55,540 bases of DNA from Bacteroidales bacterium (GCA_045591485.1 JAZNSV010000044.1:1-55540); one strand, 5' to 3'. Shown: positions 41,525 through 52,013, counted from the stretch's first letter. Numbers and translations are program-made. The notes: generated from the sequence alone by a model not told the origin.

Positions 41525-44080
41525 ATGTATTCTCTGTATAAGAAAGAACTGCGAGGGTTTTTCTCATCGATTACCGGCTACCTGGCCGTTGCCGTCTTCC
41601 TGGTGCTGACGGGACTGATGCTGTGGGTGCTGAAGAGCGACTTCAACATACTGGATTATGGCTATGCCGACCTGCGGGGTCTGTTTCTGATAGGGCCGTT
41701 TCTGTATCTTTTCCTGATACCGGCCATCACGATGCGGAGCCTGGCCGAGGAGCGGCGCACGGGCACGATAGAGATGCTGATGACGCGGCCGCTGAGCGAC
41801 TGGACGATTGTGTGGGCGAAGTTTCTTGCGGCATGGACGCTGGTGCTTATCTCGCTGCTGCCGACGCTGGTGGCCTATTTCAGCGTGGTGGCGCTGGGCG
41901 ACCCGGTGGGCAATATAGACAGCGGCTCGGTGGCGGGTTCGTATATCGGACTGCTGCTGCTGGGCGGCGCTTTTGCGGCGATAGGCATCTTCTGTTCGTC
42001 GCTCACGCAAAACCAGATTGTGGCCTTCATCCTCGCGGCGGTGCTCTGTGCCGCTGCCTACCTGGGGTTCGACTCGGTGGCCAGGATGGGTATACTGGGC
42101 GGCGCCGACCTCTTTGTGCGCCGGTTGGGCATGATGAGCCACTACGAGAGCATCAGCCGCGGTGTGATAGACACCCGCGACGTGCTCTATTTCGCCAGTG
42201 TGATGGCCCTCTTCCTGATGGGCACCCGCATGGTGCTGCAGAGCCGCATGTGGAAGAAAGTGACTAAGTCGAAAGGTGGCAAAGTGGCTGAGTCGGAAAG
42301 TGACAAAGGGTCAGAGTTGAAAAGTGGCAAAAAGGAAGGTGGAAAGATGAATTCGCCGCTCACGTCGTCGCTCATCGAGATGGGCGCCACGGTGTTGATT
42401 GTGGTGTTTGTAAACGTGATCGGCAACTGGCTTTTCCTGCGTGCCGACCTGACGAGCGAGAAGCGCTACACTCTGAGCGAGCACACGAAGGAGATGCTGA
42501 AAAAGATAGACGAGCCGGTGCTTTTCAGGGTGTATCTTGAGGGCGAGTTTCCGGCCGACTTCAAGCGTCTGCAGGCCGAGACGAAGGAGATGCTGAACCA
42601 GTTCCGCGCCTACAACAGCAATATAGAGTACGAGTTTTTCGACCCGAACAGCTTCACCGACCACAAGGAGCAGCAGGTGTTCTACCAAAAGCTGGCCAAC
42701 AAGGGCATACAGCCGACGCAGATACAGGTGGGCGACGGGAGCACGCTGACGCAGCAGATACTGATTCCGGCGGCCGACGTCTACTACCGTGGCCGCGAGA
42801 CGACGGTGCAGCTGCTGCAGAGCCAGAAGTATGTGAGCGATGCCGACTTGCTGAACAATTCGATACAGAACCTCGAGTACACGCTTAGCAGTGCCATACG
42901 CGCGTTGTCGAGCGGACACAAGCGCACGATTGGTTTCCTGCAGGGTCACGGCGAGCTGCAGGGTGGTGTGCTCTACGACATACAGCGGTCGCTGCAGGAG
43001 TTCTATTCGCTCGACTATGTGACCATCGACGGCCAGATACAGGCCCTCACGGCCCACAAGATGAACGAGCGCGATTCGAGCTACAACTTCTTCAACCTCT
43101 ACGACCTGCTGATTGTGGCCAAGCCGACGCAGCCTTTCAGCGAGAAAGACCAGTTCATACTGGACCAGTACATCATGTACGGCGGCAAGGTGCTGTGGCT
43201 TATCGACGCTATGGATGCCGACATTGACAGTCTGGCGTCGCGAGGCCAGTTCCTCTCGACGCGGCTGCCGCTGGGATTGGACGAAATGCTCTTCACTTAC
43301 GGTGTGCGCATCAACCCCGACGTGCTGATGGATGTGCGCTGCCGCCCGATACCGATACAGGTGGGCATGGTGGGCGAGAAACCTCAGTTCCAGTTCCGTC
43401 CGTGGTTCTATTTCCCTGAGATAGTGCCGCTGAGCGAGCATCCTATTGTGCGCAACCTCGACCTTGTGAAGACCGATTTCGTGAGCAGCATAGATTTGAT
43501 AGACAACGATATCAAGAAGACGGTGCTGCTGACGACGAGCGAATATACACGCGTGAAGAACGCCCCGGCGACCATAGATCTGGCCGATGCGCAGGCTGAG
43601 CCCGACCGCCGCCTCTACAGCCGGAAGAATGTGCCGATAGCGGTGCTGCTCGAAGGCGAGTTCCAGTCGGCATGGCGCAACCGCCTGTCGCCCTACTTCA
43701 CGTCGCAGGCCTCGATGGGTGTGCGCGAGAAGAGCGAGCCGACGAAGATGATAGTGATTTCCGACGGCGACATTATCCGCAACCGCTATATAGCCCAAGA
43801 GGGCTCGGTGTTGCCGCTGGGCTACGATTTCTACACTCAGACGCAGTATGCCAACAAGGACTTGCTGCTGGGTGCGGTGAACTACCTTGTGGGCGACGAC
43901 GGCTTGATGGCCAGCCGCTCGAGGGTTGTCAAGCTGCGGAAGCTGGACGTGATGAAATGCCGCGAGCAGCGCACGATGTACCAGGTGGTCAACGTGGTGC
44001 TGCCGGTGGTGCTGCTGGCTTTGGCCGGCGGCATCATTGTGTGGGTTCGCAGCAGAAAGTGGAGAGGTGTTAGTCGTTAG
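41525..44080 (+). CDS. gldF/gldG: GldF-like ABC-2 permease and GldG-like protein in one continuous 851-aa ORF
   Basis: Residues 1 to about 243 are an ABC-2 permease (AEERRTGTIEMLMTRP). From about residue 275 the sequence is GldG-like (RADLTSEKRYTLSEHTKEML). The two parts are joined by the repeat-encoded linker at 42254-42346 with no stop codon. Confidence 0.75.
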   Translation: MYSLYKKELRGFFSSITGYLAVAVFLVLTGLMLWVLKSDFNILDYGYADLRGLFLIGPFLYLFLIPAITMRSLAEERRTGTIEMLMTRPLSDWTIVWAKFLAAWTLVLISLLPTLVAYFSVVALGDPVGNIDSGSVAGSYIGLLLLGGAFAAIGIFCSSLTQNQIVAFILAAVLCAAAYLGFDSVARMGILGGADLFVRRLGMMSHYESISRGVIDTRDVLYFASVMALFLMGTRMVLQSRMWKKVTKSKGGKVAESESDKGSELKSGKKEGGKMNSPLTSSLIEMGATVLIVVFVNVIGNWLFLRADLTSEKRYTLSEHTKEMLKKIDEPVLFRVYLEGEFPADFKRLQAETKEMLNQFRAYNSNIEYEFFDPNSFTDHKEQQVFYQKLANKGIQPTQIQVGDGSTLTQQILIPAADVYYRGRETTVQLLQSQKYVSDADLLNNSIQNLEYTLSSAIRALSSGHKRTIGFLQGHGELQGGVLYDIQRSLQEFYSLDYVTIDGQIQALTAHKMNERDSSYNFFNLYDLLIVAKPTQPFSEKDQFILDQYIMYGGKVLWLIDAMDADIDSLASRGQFLSTRLPLGLDEMLFTYGVRINPDVLMDVRCRPIPIQVGMVGEKPQFQFRPWFYFPEIVPLSEHPIVRNLDLVKTDFVSSIDLIDNDIKKTVLLTTSEYTRVKNAPATIDLADAQAEPDRRLYSRKNVPIAVLLEGEFQSAWRNRLSPYFTSQASMGVREKSEPTKMIVISDGDIIRNRYIAQEGSVLPLGYDFYTQTQYANKDLLLGAVNYLVGDDGLMASRSRVVKLRKLDVMKCREQRTMYQVVNVVLPVVLLALAGGIIVWVRSRKWRGVSR

Positions 44081-44103
44081 TCGTTAGTTATTAGTTGAGA
44101 ATT

Positions 44104-45180
44104 ATGAAAAAACGCAATATAATTATCATCGCAGCGGTGGCCGTGGTGGGCATAGTGGCCCTCGTGGTGGCACTGCGTGGATCGCGTAAGGCGACGATCA
44201 AACAGGACTACCACATCGAGGATGTGGCATCGGTGACAAAAATCTACATGGCCGACAAGCAGGACGGCGAGGTGACGTTGAGCAAGGAGAACGACTCGCT
44301 GTGGCTTGTCGACGAACGCTATGAGGCCAGTCTGCCAATGGTGCAGGATTTGCTGACCACGATGCACGACATGCGCATGCGCCAGCAGGTGAACAAGAAT
44401 GCAATACCCAACGTCAGCAAGGATTTGGCTGCGCGTGCAATAAAGGTGGAAATCTACCAGAGGGTGCCGTTTATCAACTGGTTTGGCGGACGCCTGCAGC
44501 TCTTCCCCCGCGAGAAGAAGACGGTGACCTACTATGTGGGCCGCGAGACGCAGGACATGATGGGCAGCTATATGTATCGCGAGGGCGACAAGGCGCCGTG
44601 CGTTATCCATATACCTGGCTTCCGCGGGTTCATCACACCGCGTTTTGTCACCGACCCCGTCAAATGGCGTAGCCACACCATCGTGGACCTCAACGTCAAC
44701 GAGATAGAGCGCATCGAGTTGCAGATTCCGGCCATGCCGAGCGAGAACTTTGCCGTGGTGCGCAACGGACAGGGGTTCGACTTCGAGCTGACGGCCACAG
44801 GTGAGCGTGTGCCGCAGTTCGACACCGCCCGCGTGGCACAGCTGCTTTCGTCGTTCACATGGCTCTGCTTCGACGAGTTTGCATCCATAGTGCCCAACAG
44901 CAACGCCGACAGCTGCATCAGCCTCGGCGAGCGCACAGTGCTGCGTGTGACCGACACCGCAGGCGTCACCCACGAGGTGAAGTCGTATGTCAAATACACC
45001 AATCCCGACGATATAGCGGCCATGCCCGATCCTGAGATGTACGAGATATTCGATGTCGACCGCCTCTATGCCGTAGTGGACGGCAAAGACACCGTGCTCA
45101 TACAGTATTTCGTGTTCGACAATATTTTGCAGCCTGCGTCCTACTTCCTTGGCCAGAATGTAACGATACCTATCAAATGA
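44104..45180 (+). CDS. DUF4340-like protein (usual gldG neighbour)
   Basis: It has an N-terminal TM anchor and sits downstream of gldG. The start is taken at the ATG at 44104 (the track uses TTG at 44095). Confidence 0.65.
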   Translation: MKKRNIIIIAAVAVVGIVALVVALRGSRKATIKQDYHIEDVASVTKIYMADKQDGEVTLSKENDSLWLVDERYEASLPMVQDLLTTMHDMRMRQQVNKNAIPNVSKDLAARAIKVEIYQRVPFINWFGGRLQLFPREKKTVTYYVGRETQDMMGSYMYREGDKAPCVIHIPGFRGFITPRFVTDPVKWRSHTIVDLNVNEIERIELQIPAMPSENFAVVRNGQGFDFELTATGERVPQFDTARVAQLLSSFTWLCFDEFASIVPNSNADSCISLGERTVLRVTDTAGVTHEVKSYVKYTNPDDIAAMPDPEMYEIFDVDRLYAVVDGKDTVLIQYFVFDNILQPASYFLGQNVTIPIK

Positions 45181-45962
45181 AGCCGCTGATTCTGATAACC
45201 AACGACGACGGCGTTAGAGCCAAAGGGCTGCGCACCCTCGACGAGGTGGCGATGGAGTTTGGCGATGTCGTGGTGATGGCCCCCTCTACCAACTCGTCGG
45301 GCAAGAGCCACAGCCTCACCACCGAGCGTCCGCTGCGTGTGAGCGAGATAAAGAAAGAAGAAGGCCTCTCGGTATATGCCTGCGACGGCACGCCTGTTGA
45401 CTGCGTAAAGCTGGCTGTGGAGTACTTCTGTCCGCGCAAACCCGACCTTGTCCTCTCCGGCATCAACCACGGCAGCAACTCGTCTATCAACGTGCTCTAC
45501 AGCGGCACGATGGGAGCGGTGATCGAAGCCACCGCCATAGGGCTCGACGCCATAGGATTTTCGCTGCTCAACCACAATCCGGAGGCCGACTTCAGCGCCT
45601 CGGTGCCATACGTGCGCCATATCATAGGCAAGGTGCTCGAAAAGGGCTTGCCCGCCGATGTGTCGCTCAACGTCAATATTCCGCGGCTGGCCGCCGCCGA
45701 CATCAAAGGCATCAGGATATGCCACGAGGCAAAGGCCCAGTGGCTCGACAGCTTCGAGAAACGCATCGACCCGCAGGGCCGTCCCTATTGGTGGCTCACA
45801 GGCAAGTTTGTGTGCAACGACCCGCCGCGCACCAGCGACGAGTGGGCGCTGGCCAACGGCTATGTCTCCGTGGTGCCCATACATCCCGACTTCACGCACT
45901 ATGCCGCCATCGACGAATTGCAGCATATATCGGTCATGGGTCCGATTGTCAAAAAGATGTAG
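45177..45962 (+). CDS. surE: 5'/3'-nucleotidase SurE
   Basis: ILITNDDGV, SGINHGSN and LYSGTMGA. Confidence 0.9.
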   Translation: MKPLILITNDDGVRAKGLRTLDEVAMEFGDVVVMAPSTNSSGKSHSLTTERPLRVSEIKKEEGLSVYACDGTPVDCVKLAVEYFCPRKPDLVLSGINHGSNSSINVLYSGTMGAVIEATAIGLDAIGFSLLNHNPEADFSASVPYVRHIIGKVLEKGLPADVSLNVNIPRLAAADIKGIRICHEAKAQWLDSFEKRIDPQGRPYWWLTGKFVCNDPPRTSDEWALANGYVSVVPIHPDFTHYAAIDELQHISVMGPIVKKM

Positions 45963-45977
45963 AAAAAAAAGTTCGCA

Positions 45978-46271
45978 ATGAAGAAGTTCTTTCAGCAAGA
46001 TACAGTTATGGTGGGCCTGGTGGCCGGTCTGGGTGCGGAGTTGGCCTATTGCCTGGTGCTGACGGTGGGCCTGCTCGTTGCAGGTATGCCCCCGTTGGAG
46101 CACATACGCTGGTATGCCGGCATGTTTGTGTGCCTCATCCTCGTGCTGCACCGCTACGCCAAGCGCCGCGAATATCCTACTGTAGGCAAAACGCTTATCG
46201 TTGTGCTCTTTGCCACCTTTATTCCATTTATAATATACCTTCTGAAATCCAATACGCTGACGATGCAATGA
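45978..46271 (+). CDS. small integral membrane protein
   Basis: 97 aa with three hydrophobic segments. Its stop codon overlaps the lpxB start codon. Confidence 0.5.
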   Translation: MKKFFQQDTVMVGLVAGLGAELAYCLVLTVGLLVAGMPPLEHIRWYAGMFVCLILVLHRYAKRREYPTVGKTLIVVLFATFIPFIIYLLKSNTLTMQ

Positions 46272-47371
46272 AATACTATGTCATAGCTGGAGAGGCTTCG
46301 GGCGACCTGCACGGCGCCAACCTGATGCGCGAGCTCTTGCACCGCGACCCTGCGGCCGAGTTCCGTTTCTGGGGTGGCGACGCGATGGCAGCTGTTGGAG
46401 GCAGTCCGGTACGCCATATTCGCGACCTTGCCATCATGGGCTTTGTCGATGTGGCCCTGCATCTGCGCACCGTATTGGGAAACATGGCATTCTGCAAGCG
46501 CGATATGGCCCAATGGCAGCCCGACGTGGTGGTCGGCATCGATTATCCGGGCTTCAACCTAAAGATTGAGTCGTGGGCCCATCGGCGCGGTATTCGCACC
46601 GTGCACTATATCTCGCCCAACCTCTGGGCATGGAAGAAAGGCCGCATCAAAGGTATGCGCAGCACCCTCGACCGCCTTTGCTTCATACTGCCCTTCGAGC
46701 GGCAGTTCTTTGCCGACAACGATATGCCCCAGGCGGTATATGTTGGCCATCCGCTGCTCGACCAGATTGCGGGCTACCACGAACATGCCATAGCCACCGA
46801 CGGCAAACCGGTTGTGGCACTGCTGCCCGGAAGCCGACGGCAGGAGTTGCGGCGCAACCTGCCCCTTATGGCGCATTTGGCCCAGAACCACCCCGAGTAC
46901 CGTTTTGTGGTGGCGGGCATGAGCCTTATCGGCAACGGCCTTTACGACAAGCTGATACCCGAAGGCTGCAACATCGAGGTTGTCTACGACCGCACCTATG
47001 ATGTCCTTGCATCGGCTTATGCGGCGGTGGTGTGTTCGGGCACCGCCACCCTCGAAACAGCCCTCTTCAACGTGCCGCAGGTGGTGTGCTACCGCGCCGA
47101 CGCCCTCTCTGTGGCGATTGCCCGCGCCGTGGTGAGCAAGCGCATACGCTACATCTCGCTTGTCAACCTCATAGCCGACAGCACCATCGTCACCGAACTC
47201 ATACAACAGGACTACAACCCGTCGCGCCTCGAACACGAATTTGCACTCATAACCACCGACGACGCCAATCGCGAACGTATGCTCGACCAATATGCCGACA
47301 TGCGCGTCCTTCTCGGCGACGGCGGCGCGTCGGCACGTACCGCACAATCAATCATCGACCTCTGTAAATGA
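46268..47371 (+). CDS. lpxB: lipid-A-disaccharide synthase
   Basis: MKYYVIAGEASGDLHGANLM is the LpxB N-terminus. The 550-aa track ORF is an upstream extension that overlaps surE. Confidence 0.9.
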   Translation: MKYYVIAGEASGDLHGANLMRELLHRDPAAEFRFWGGDAMAAVGGSPVRHIRDLAIMGFVDVALHLRTVLGNMAFCKRDMAQWQPDVVVGIDYPGFNLKIESWAHRRGIRTVHYISPNLWAWKKGRIKGMRSTLDRLCFILPFERQFFADNDMPQAVYVGHPLLDQIAGYHEHAIATDGKPVVALLPGSRRQELRRNLPLMAHLAQNHPEYRFVVAGMSLIGNGLYDKLIPEGCNIEVVYDRTYDVLASAYAAVVCSGTATLETALFNVPQVVCYRADALSVAIARAVVSKRIRYISLVNLIADSTIVTELIQQDYNPSRLEHEFALITTDDANRERMLDQYADMRVLLGDGGASARTAQSIIDLCK

Positions 47372-48696
47372 AACGCCTGCTCATAATCACACTCCTCATG
47401 CTCACGGCCATGGCTGCCCGTGCCGACCGCGTGCGCGTCAGGCTATATACGCCTAATACCATCTCTGTACTCAACGTCAGTTTCGACCTCGGCTACTACA
47501 ACCTTTATGCCGATGGCAACCTGTTGCTCGAGGACATGGTGGGCGACGGCCGCTCGGTGCTGGTGCGTGCCGAAGACAAGATGCTGCACGTCAGCGTTAA
47601 TGACGACGACTATGGCCGGTTCTCCAGCATCAGGCTCGAAGCTGTTGACACGGCATGCATACTCTGTATCAACCCCGAAGGCTGCAAGCAGCGCACCTAC
47701 GAGGGCAACCTTGAGGTGAAGATGCAGCCAAGCGGCAACCTGCTCCTTGTGGCCGATGTGGAATTCGAAACGTATATAGCCGGTGTTGTGCAGAGCGAAA
47801 TCTATGGTCAGCAGAGCGACATTTTCCGCATCCAGGCCATCATCAGCCGTACATGGGCTCTGCGCAACCTCGGGAAGCACTCTGCCGATGGCTACAACTT
47901 CTGCGATCATGTCCATTGCCAGGCCTATCTCAACAGATGTATACGGCCCGACATCATGATGGGCGTTGTGCAAAGCAGCGGCGAAACACTCGTCGATGCC
48001 GACGGACGCCTCATCGAGACACCTTTCCACAGCAATTCAGGTGGCCAGACCGCCAACTCGGAAGATGTCTGGCGCGCCGCGTTGCCCTACCTGCGTTCGG
48101 TGGAGGACACGTTCTCCTTCCGCATGCGACAGAGCGACTGGGTCAAGTCTATCAGCATCGACCGCTGGCTTGGCTATTTCTCCAAGACACACAAACTCAA
48201 TGTGGGCGACAGCGCCGTACGCGACTCGTTGCTCCACTTCTCCCAGCCCAGTCGCCGTGTGCGCATTATGGGTGTGCCGCTCACACGCGTGCGCGTCGAC
48301 TGGAAGCTCAAGTCGACATTCTTCTCGGTCGAGGTGGACAGCGCCTCAAAGTCAGTCATTCTGCGTGGACACGGCTACGGACACGGTGTAGGCCTCAGCC
48401 AGGAAGGAGCCATCCGTATGGTTGGACTCGGTATAGCCTACGACTCCATACTGCGCCACTACTATACGGGTGCCGTGCTGCATCACGATCCGGCGGCCGA
48501 CGGAAACTATATCCAGTCCTACGCACAGCAGCTGGCCCGCATCATCGAAGAAGACAAAAACCGGCAGACGCAGGTCGTATCCAAGAAGGACGACTGGCTC
48601 GGCCGTCTCTTCCGTCTGCGCGACCGCGAAGAACGCGAGGAGATTTACATTGAGGAACAGCAAGACAACGAGCAGGATTGGGAATATGAATGGTAG
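47368..48696 (+). CDS. SpoIID/LytB domain protein
   Basis: It has a signal peptide, AIISRTWAL, CDHVHCQAY and FHSNSGGQT. Confidence 0.85.
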   Translation: MKRLLIITLLMLTAMAARADRVRVRLYTPNTISVLNVSFDLGYYNLYADGNLLLEDMVGDGRSVLVRAEDKMLHVSVNDDDYGRFSSIRLEAVDTACILCINPEGCKQRTYEGNLEVKMQPSGNLLLVADVEFETYIAGVVQSEIYGQQSDIFRIQAIISRTWALRNLGKHSADGYNFCDHVHCQAYLNRCIRPDIMMGVVQSSGETLVDADGRLIETPFHSNSGGQTANSEDVWRAALPYLRSVEDTFSFRMRQSDWVKSISIDRWLGYFSKTHKLNVGDSAVRDSLLHFSQPSRRVRIMGVPLTRVRVDWKLKSTFFSVEVDSASKSVILRGHGYGHGVGLSQEGAIRMVGLGIAYDSILRHYYTGAVLHHDPAADGNYIQSYAQQLARIIEEDKNRQTQVVSKKDDWLGRLFRLRDREEREEIYIEEQQDNEQDWEYEW

Positions 48697-48721
48697 AAAT
48701 AATCAATGAATACTATAAAAT

Positions 48722-49270
48722 ATGAATAGAATAATAAAAGTATTAGTCTGTATAGGGTTGGCCTTCGGCTTTCAAATTTCAAATTGCAACCCGCTCAGCG
48801 CCCAGGTCAAATGGCACACCATCGAGGATGCCGCCCAGGCCAAGATAGGCACGCAACTCTATTTTGTCGATTTCTACACCTCGTGGTGTGGCTACTGCAA
48901 GAAGATGGACCGCGAAACATTCACCGATGCCACCGTTGCAAAGATACTGAACAAGTACTATTACCCTGTCAAATTCAACGCCGAGGGCACCAACACGTTC
49001 TCGTGGTTTGGCCACACCTACAAGCCGGGACGCGGCGGTCGCAGCTCGGCTCATGAGTTTGCGGCAGGCTTGAGAGGCTATCCCACCTTTGTGCTCTACA
49101 AAGCCGACGGCTCGGTGTTGCAGGCTATTCCCGGATTCTATCCGGCGCGCGACTTTGTCGTCGTGCTCTGGTACTTCGCTTCCGGCGACTGCGACAAGTA
49201 CCCCTTCGAACGCTACCAGCAGATTTTCGACAAGGAAATCCGTCCTCAGATGGAAAAACAACTCAAATAG
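48722..49270 (+). CDS. secreted thioredoxin-fold protein
   Basis: It has a signal peptide and FYTSWCGYCKKM (CxxC). Confidence 0.8.
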   Translation: MNRIIKVLVCIGLAFGFQISNCNPLSAQVKWHTIEDAAQAKIGTQLYFVDFYTSWCGYCKKMDRETFTDATVAKILNKYYYPVKFNAEGTNTFSWFGHTYKPGRGGRSSAHEFAAGLRGYPTFVLYKADGSVLQAIPGFYPARDFVVVLWYFASGDCDKYPFERYQQIFDKEIRPQMEKQLK

Positions 49271-49280
49271 CATATCAACC

Positions 49281-50255
49281 ATGGGACTTTTTGATTTTTT
49301 ACACAGGAAAAGCAAGGAAGAGGAGCGCGAGACCCTCGACCAAGGTCTGGCCAAGACCAAGGAAAACCTCTTCCAGAAGATAACCAAGAGCATAATCGGC
49401 AAGTCGACAGTTGACGACGATGTGCTCGACAATCTCGAAGAGACCCTCATCACATCCGATGTGGGCGTCGACACCACGCTCAAGGTCATAGACAAACTAC
49501 AGCAGCGCATAAAACGGGATAAATACATCTCCACAGCCGAGCTCAACGATATTCTGCGCGCCGAGATAGCGCAGCTGCTGCGCAAGCCTGCATCCGAAGG
49601 CAAGACAGCACTGCCTGTTGGTTTTGACGCCCCGCTGCCATCCAAACCGTACGTGATTCTCGTGGTTGGCGTCAACGGGGTGGGCAAGACCACCACCATC
49701 GCCAAGTTGGCCTACCAGTACAAGCTGGCCGGACGCAGTGTGGTGCTCGGTGCCGCCGACACATTCCGCGCCGCTGCCGTAGAGCAGCTTATGCTTTGGG
49801 CCGACCGCGTCGAGGTGCCCATTGTGCAGCAAGGTATGGGGGCCGACCCCGCGTCGGTGGCCTACGACACTCTCCAGAGCGCCATTGCCCGTCAGGCCGA
49901 CGTCGTGATTATCGATACTGCCGGACGTCTCCACAATAAAGTGGGCCTCATGAACGAGCTGGGCAAGATTAGGCGTGTCATGCAGAAACTTGTTCCCGAC
50001 GCACCACATGAGGTGCTCCTGGTCCTCGATGCATCCACAGGCCAGAATGCCATCGAACAGGCTCGACAGTTCACCCAGGCCACCGACGTAAACGCCCTTG
50101 CCCTCACCAAGCTCGACGGCACAGCCAAAGGCGGAGTCATCATCGGCATCAGCGACCAGTTCAATATTCCGGTCCGCTACATCGGACTTGGCGAGAAAAT
50201 GACAGACCTGCAGCTCTTTAACCCCGACGAGTTCGTCGATTCCCTCTTTGCCTGA
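49281..50255 (+). CDS. ftsY: signal recognition particle receptor FtsY
   Basis: GVNGVGKTTTIAKLA, DTAGR and TKLDGTAKGG. The start is taken at the ATG at 49281. Confidence 0.9.
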   Translation: MGLFDFLHRKSKEEERETLDQGLAKTKENLFQKITKSIIGKSTVDDDVLDNLEETLITSDVGVDTTLKVIDKLQQRIKRDKYISTAELNDILRAEIAQLLRKPASEGKTALPVGFDAPLPSKPYVILVVGVNGVGKTTTIAKLAYQYKLAGRSVVLGAADTFRAAAVEQLMLWADRVEVPIVQQGMGADPASVAYDTLQSAIARQADVVIIDTAGRLHNKVGLMNELGKIRRVMQKLVPDAPHEVLLVLDASTGQNAIEQARQFTQATDVNALALTKLDGTAKGGVIIGISDQFNIPVRYIGLGEKMTDLQLFNPDEFVDSLFA

Positions 50256-50309
50256 TCCCAAACAAAACGATTGTAGTTTTATTCAGCCTCACATTGCCAT
50301 CCCAGAAGA

Positions 50310-51626
50310 ATGAAAGTCAATATCATAACGCTCGGCTGTTCGAAGAACACCGTCGACAGTGAAAATCTTGCAGGTGCTCTTCGTGCCGCCGGACATACCG
50401 TCTGTTTCGACCGCGTACAGACCGACTGCGACACCGTCATCGTCAATACATGTGGCTTTATTGGCGACGCCAAAGAGGAAAGTGTCAACGTTATTCTTGA
50501 GCAGATACGCGTCAAGACGCGCGGCCGCCGCGCCCGGCATATCATTGCATGCGGATGTCTTGTGCAGCGCTATCGCGAAGAGCTTCGGACAGAGATGCCC
50601 GAAGTCGATGCGTGGTTCGGCACCGACGAGTGGCAACAAATCGTCGAAAAGTGCAACAGCTTCTCGCAATCCCGTATGGCGCCTTCGAGCGCACACCTTC
50701 AGCCCACGTCGCGCCCGCTGTCCACCCCGCGCCACTACGCCTACCTCAAGATTGCCGAAGGCTGCAACCGCTCCTGTTCCTATTGCGCCATACCCCTTAT
50801 CCGTGGAGCGCATCGTTCGCGTCCCATCGACGATATCGTCGACGAGGCGAAATCGCTTGTGGCCAATGGCGTCAAGGAGTTGATAGTCATCTCGCAAGAT
50901 ACGACCTATTATGGGCTCGACCTCTACCACCGGCGTGCTCTCGGCGAACTGCTCGAGCGCCTGGCAACCGAAAGCGGTGCAGCGTGGATTCGTCTTCACT
51001 ACACTTACCCCACGTCGTTTCCTGAGGATGCCATCGATGCAATGGCCAGACATGCAAATATATGCAACTATATAGACATACCTTTGCAGCACATCAATAC
51101 GCGTATTCTTGGTTCGATGCAGCGAGGCATCGATCGTGAGGGCACGCTTGCCCTGCTGCGCACATTCCGGGCAAAACTGCCCGATGCTGCCATCCGTACC
51201 ACCCTCATAGTGGGCTATCCGGGCGAGACTGAGCAGGAGTTTGCCGAACTGAAGGATTTCGTGCGCGAAGCTCGCTTCGACCGCATGGGCTGCTTCGCCT
51301 ATTCGCCAGAGGAAGGCACACCTGCCGAAGCCCTTGGCGACCCTGTGCCAGACGATGTCAAGCAGCAGCGTGTCAGTGAGTTGATGGCAATTCAAGAACA
51401 GGTGTCGCTCGAAAAAAACCAGGCTCGTATCGGGCGTGAATTCATGGTTATTGTCGACCGCTTCGAGGGCGACAACGCTGTGGGACGCACAGAAAACGAT
51501 AGTCCGGAGGTCGACGACGAGGTTATCTTCCCGTGCACCCGCCGCGGTGTCCGCATCGGTGACTTTGTCCGTGTCCGCATCACCGATGCCCTCGAGAACG
51601 ACCTTCTTGCCGAGTTGGCAGACTAA
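50310..51626 (+). CDS. rimO: ribosomal protein S12 methylthiotransferase RimO
   Basis: N-terminal MTTase cysteines, radical-SAM motif CNRSCSYC and a C-terminal TRAM domain. Confidence 0.9.
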   Translation: MKVNIITLGCSKNTVDSENLAGALRAAGHTVCFDRVQTDCDTVIVNTCGFIGDAKEESVNVILEQIRVKTRGRRARHIIACGCLVQRYREELRTEMPEVDAWFGTDEWQQIVEKCNSFSQSRMAPSSAHLQPTSRPLSTPRHYAYLKIAEGCNRSCSYCAIPLIRGAHRSRPIDDIVDEAKSLVANGVKELIVISQDTTYYGLDLYHRRALGELLERLATESGAAWIRLHYTYPTSFPEDAIDAMARHANICNYIDIPLQHINTRILGSMQRGIDREGTLALLRTFRAKLPDAAIRTTLIVGYPGETEQEFAELKDFVREARFDRMGCFAYSPEEGTPAEALGDPVPDDVKQQRVSELMAIQEQVSLEKNQARIGREFMVIVDRFEGDNAVGRTENDSPEVDDEVIFPCTRRGVRIGDFVRVRITDALENDLLAELAD

Positions 51627-51671
51627 CCCGCCGTCGTGCCGGTCGCACGGCTGCGGCATCGCATTTTTTTT
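51627..51671 (+). terminator. hairpin plus T-tract after rimO
   Basis: The imperfect stem of about 12 bp is centred on CGTGC-cggtc-GCACG. A T8 run lies at 51664-51671. Confidence 0.45.
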
Positions 51672-51714
51672 CATTATTTTATGCGGGTTTTCTCGCTATA
51701 TCGTTTTTTTTGTG

Positions 51715-51722
51715 TATTTTTG
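51715..51722 (+). promoter_or_regulatory. -7 box TAttTTTG for the riboswitch-btuB transcript
   Basis: It lies immediately 5' of the riboswitch P1 stem. Confidence 0.5.
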
Positions 51723-51724
51723 CC

Positions 51725-51897
51725 GCTGGTTTCGGTCGCCCCGCAAGGGGCGCCAAGAGGGAATCAGGTGCAACTCCTGAACAGTCCCGCTGCTGTGAGC
51801 GCCAAAGAGTTACGCTGGTCGTGAGCCACTGTATATCGCCATAGATGTATGGGAAGGCGGCCCGCGTGGAGCAAGTCAGAAGACCTGCCGAAACCGG
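51725..51897 (+). promoter_or_regulatory. cobalamin (B12) riboswitch
   Basis: P1 pairs GGTTTCGG (51728-51735) with CCGAAACC (51888-51895). The conserved core is AAGAGGGAATCAGGTGCAACTCCTGAACAGTCCCGCTGCTGT, with GCCACTG...GGGAAGGC and the B12 box AGTCAGAAGACCTGCC. It is followed by a TonB-dependent receptor gene. Confidence 0.85.
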
Positions 51898-52013
51898 AAA
51901 AAGTATCATTTTAAAGCCCTCGAGGAAAGGACGGAATGAGCGTTGTTATTCTATATTGTATAGTATCGTTTATTGTTTGCCAGGCGTGGCGTCGGCTGGT
52001 ATACCGGTGGCGC

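Noticed and set aside
45719-47371. The 550-aa ORF as the lpxB gene model, and likewise 49089-50255 for ftsY.
   Set aside because: The upstream extensions overlap surE plus the small membrane gene, or the thioredoxin-like gene, in another frame, and they encode Arg/Pro-rich junk. The conserved N-termini begin at 46268 (MKYYVIAGEASGD) and 49281 (MGLFDFL).
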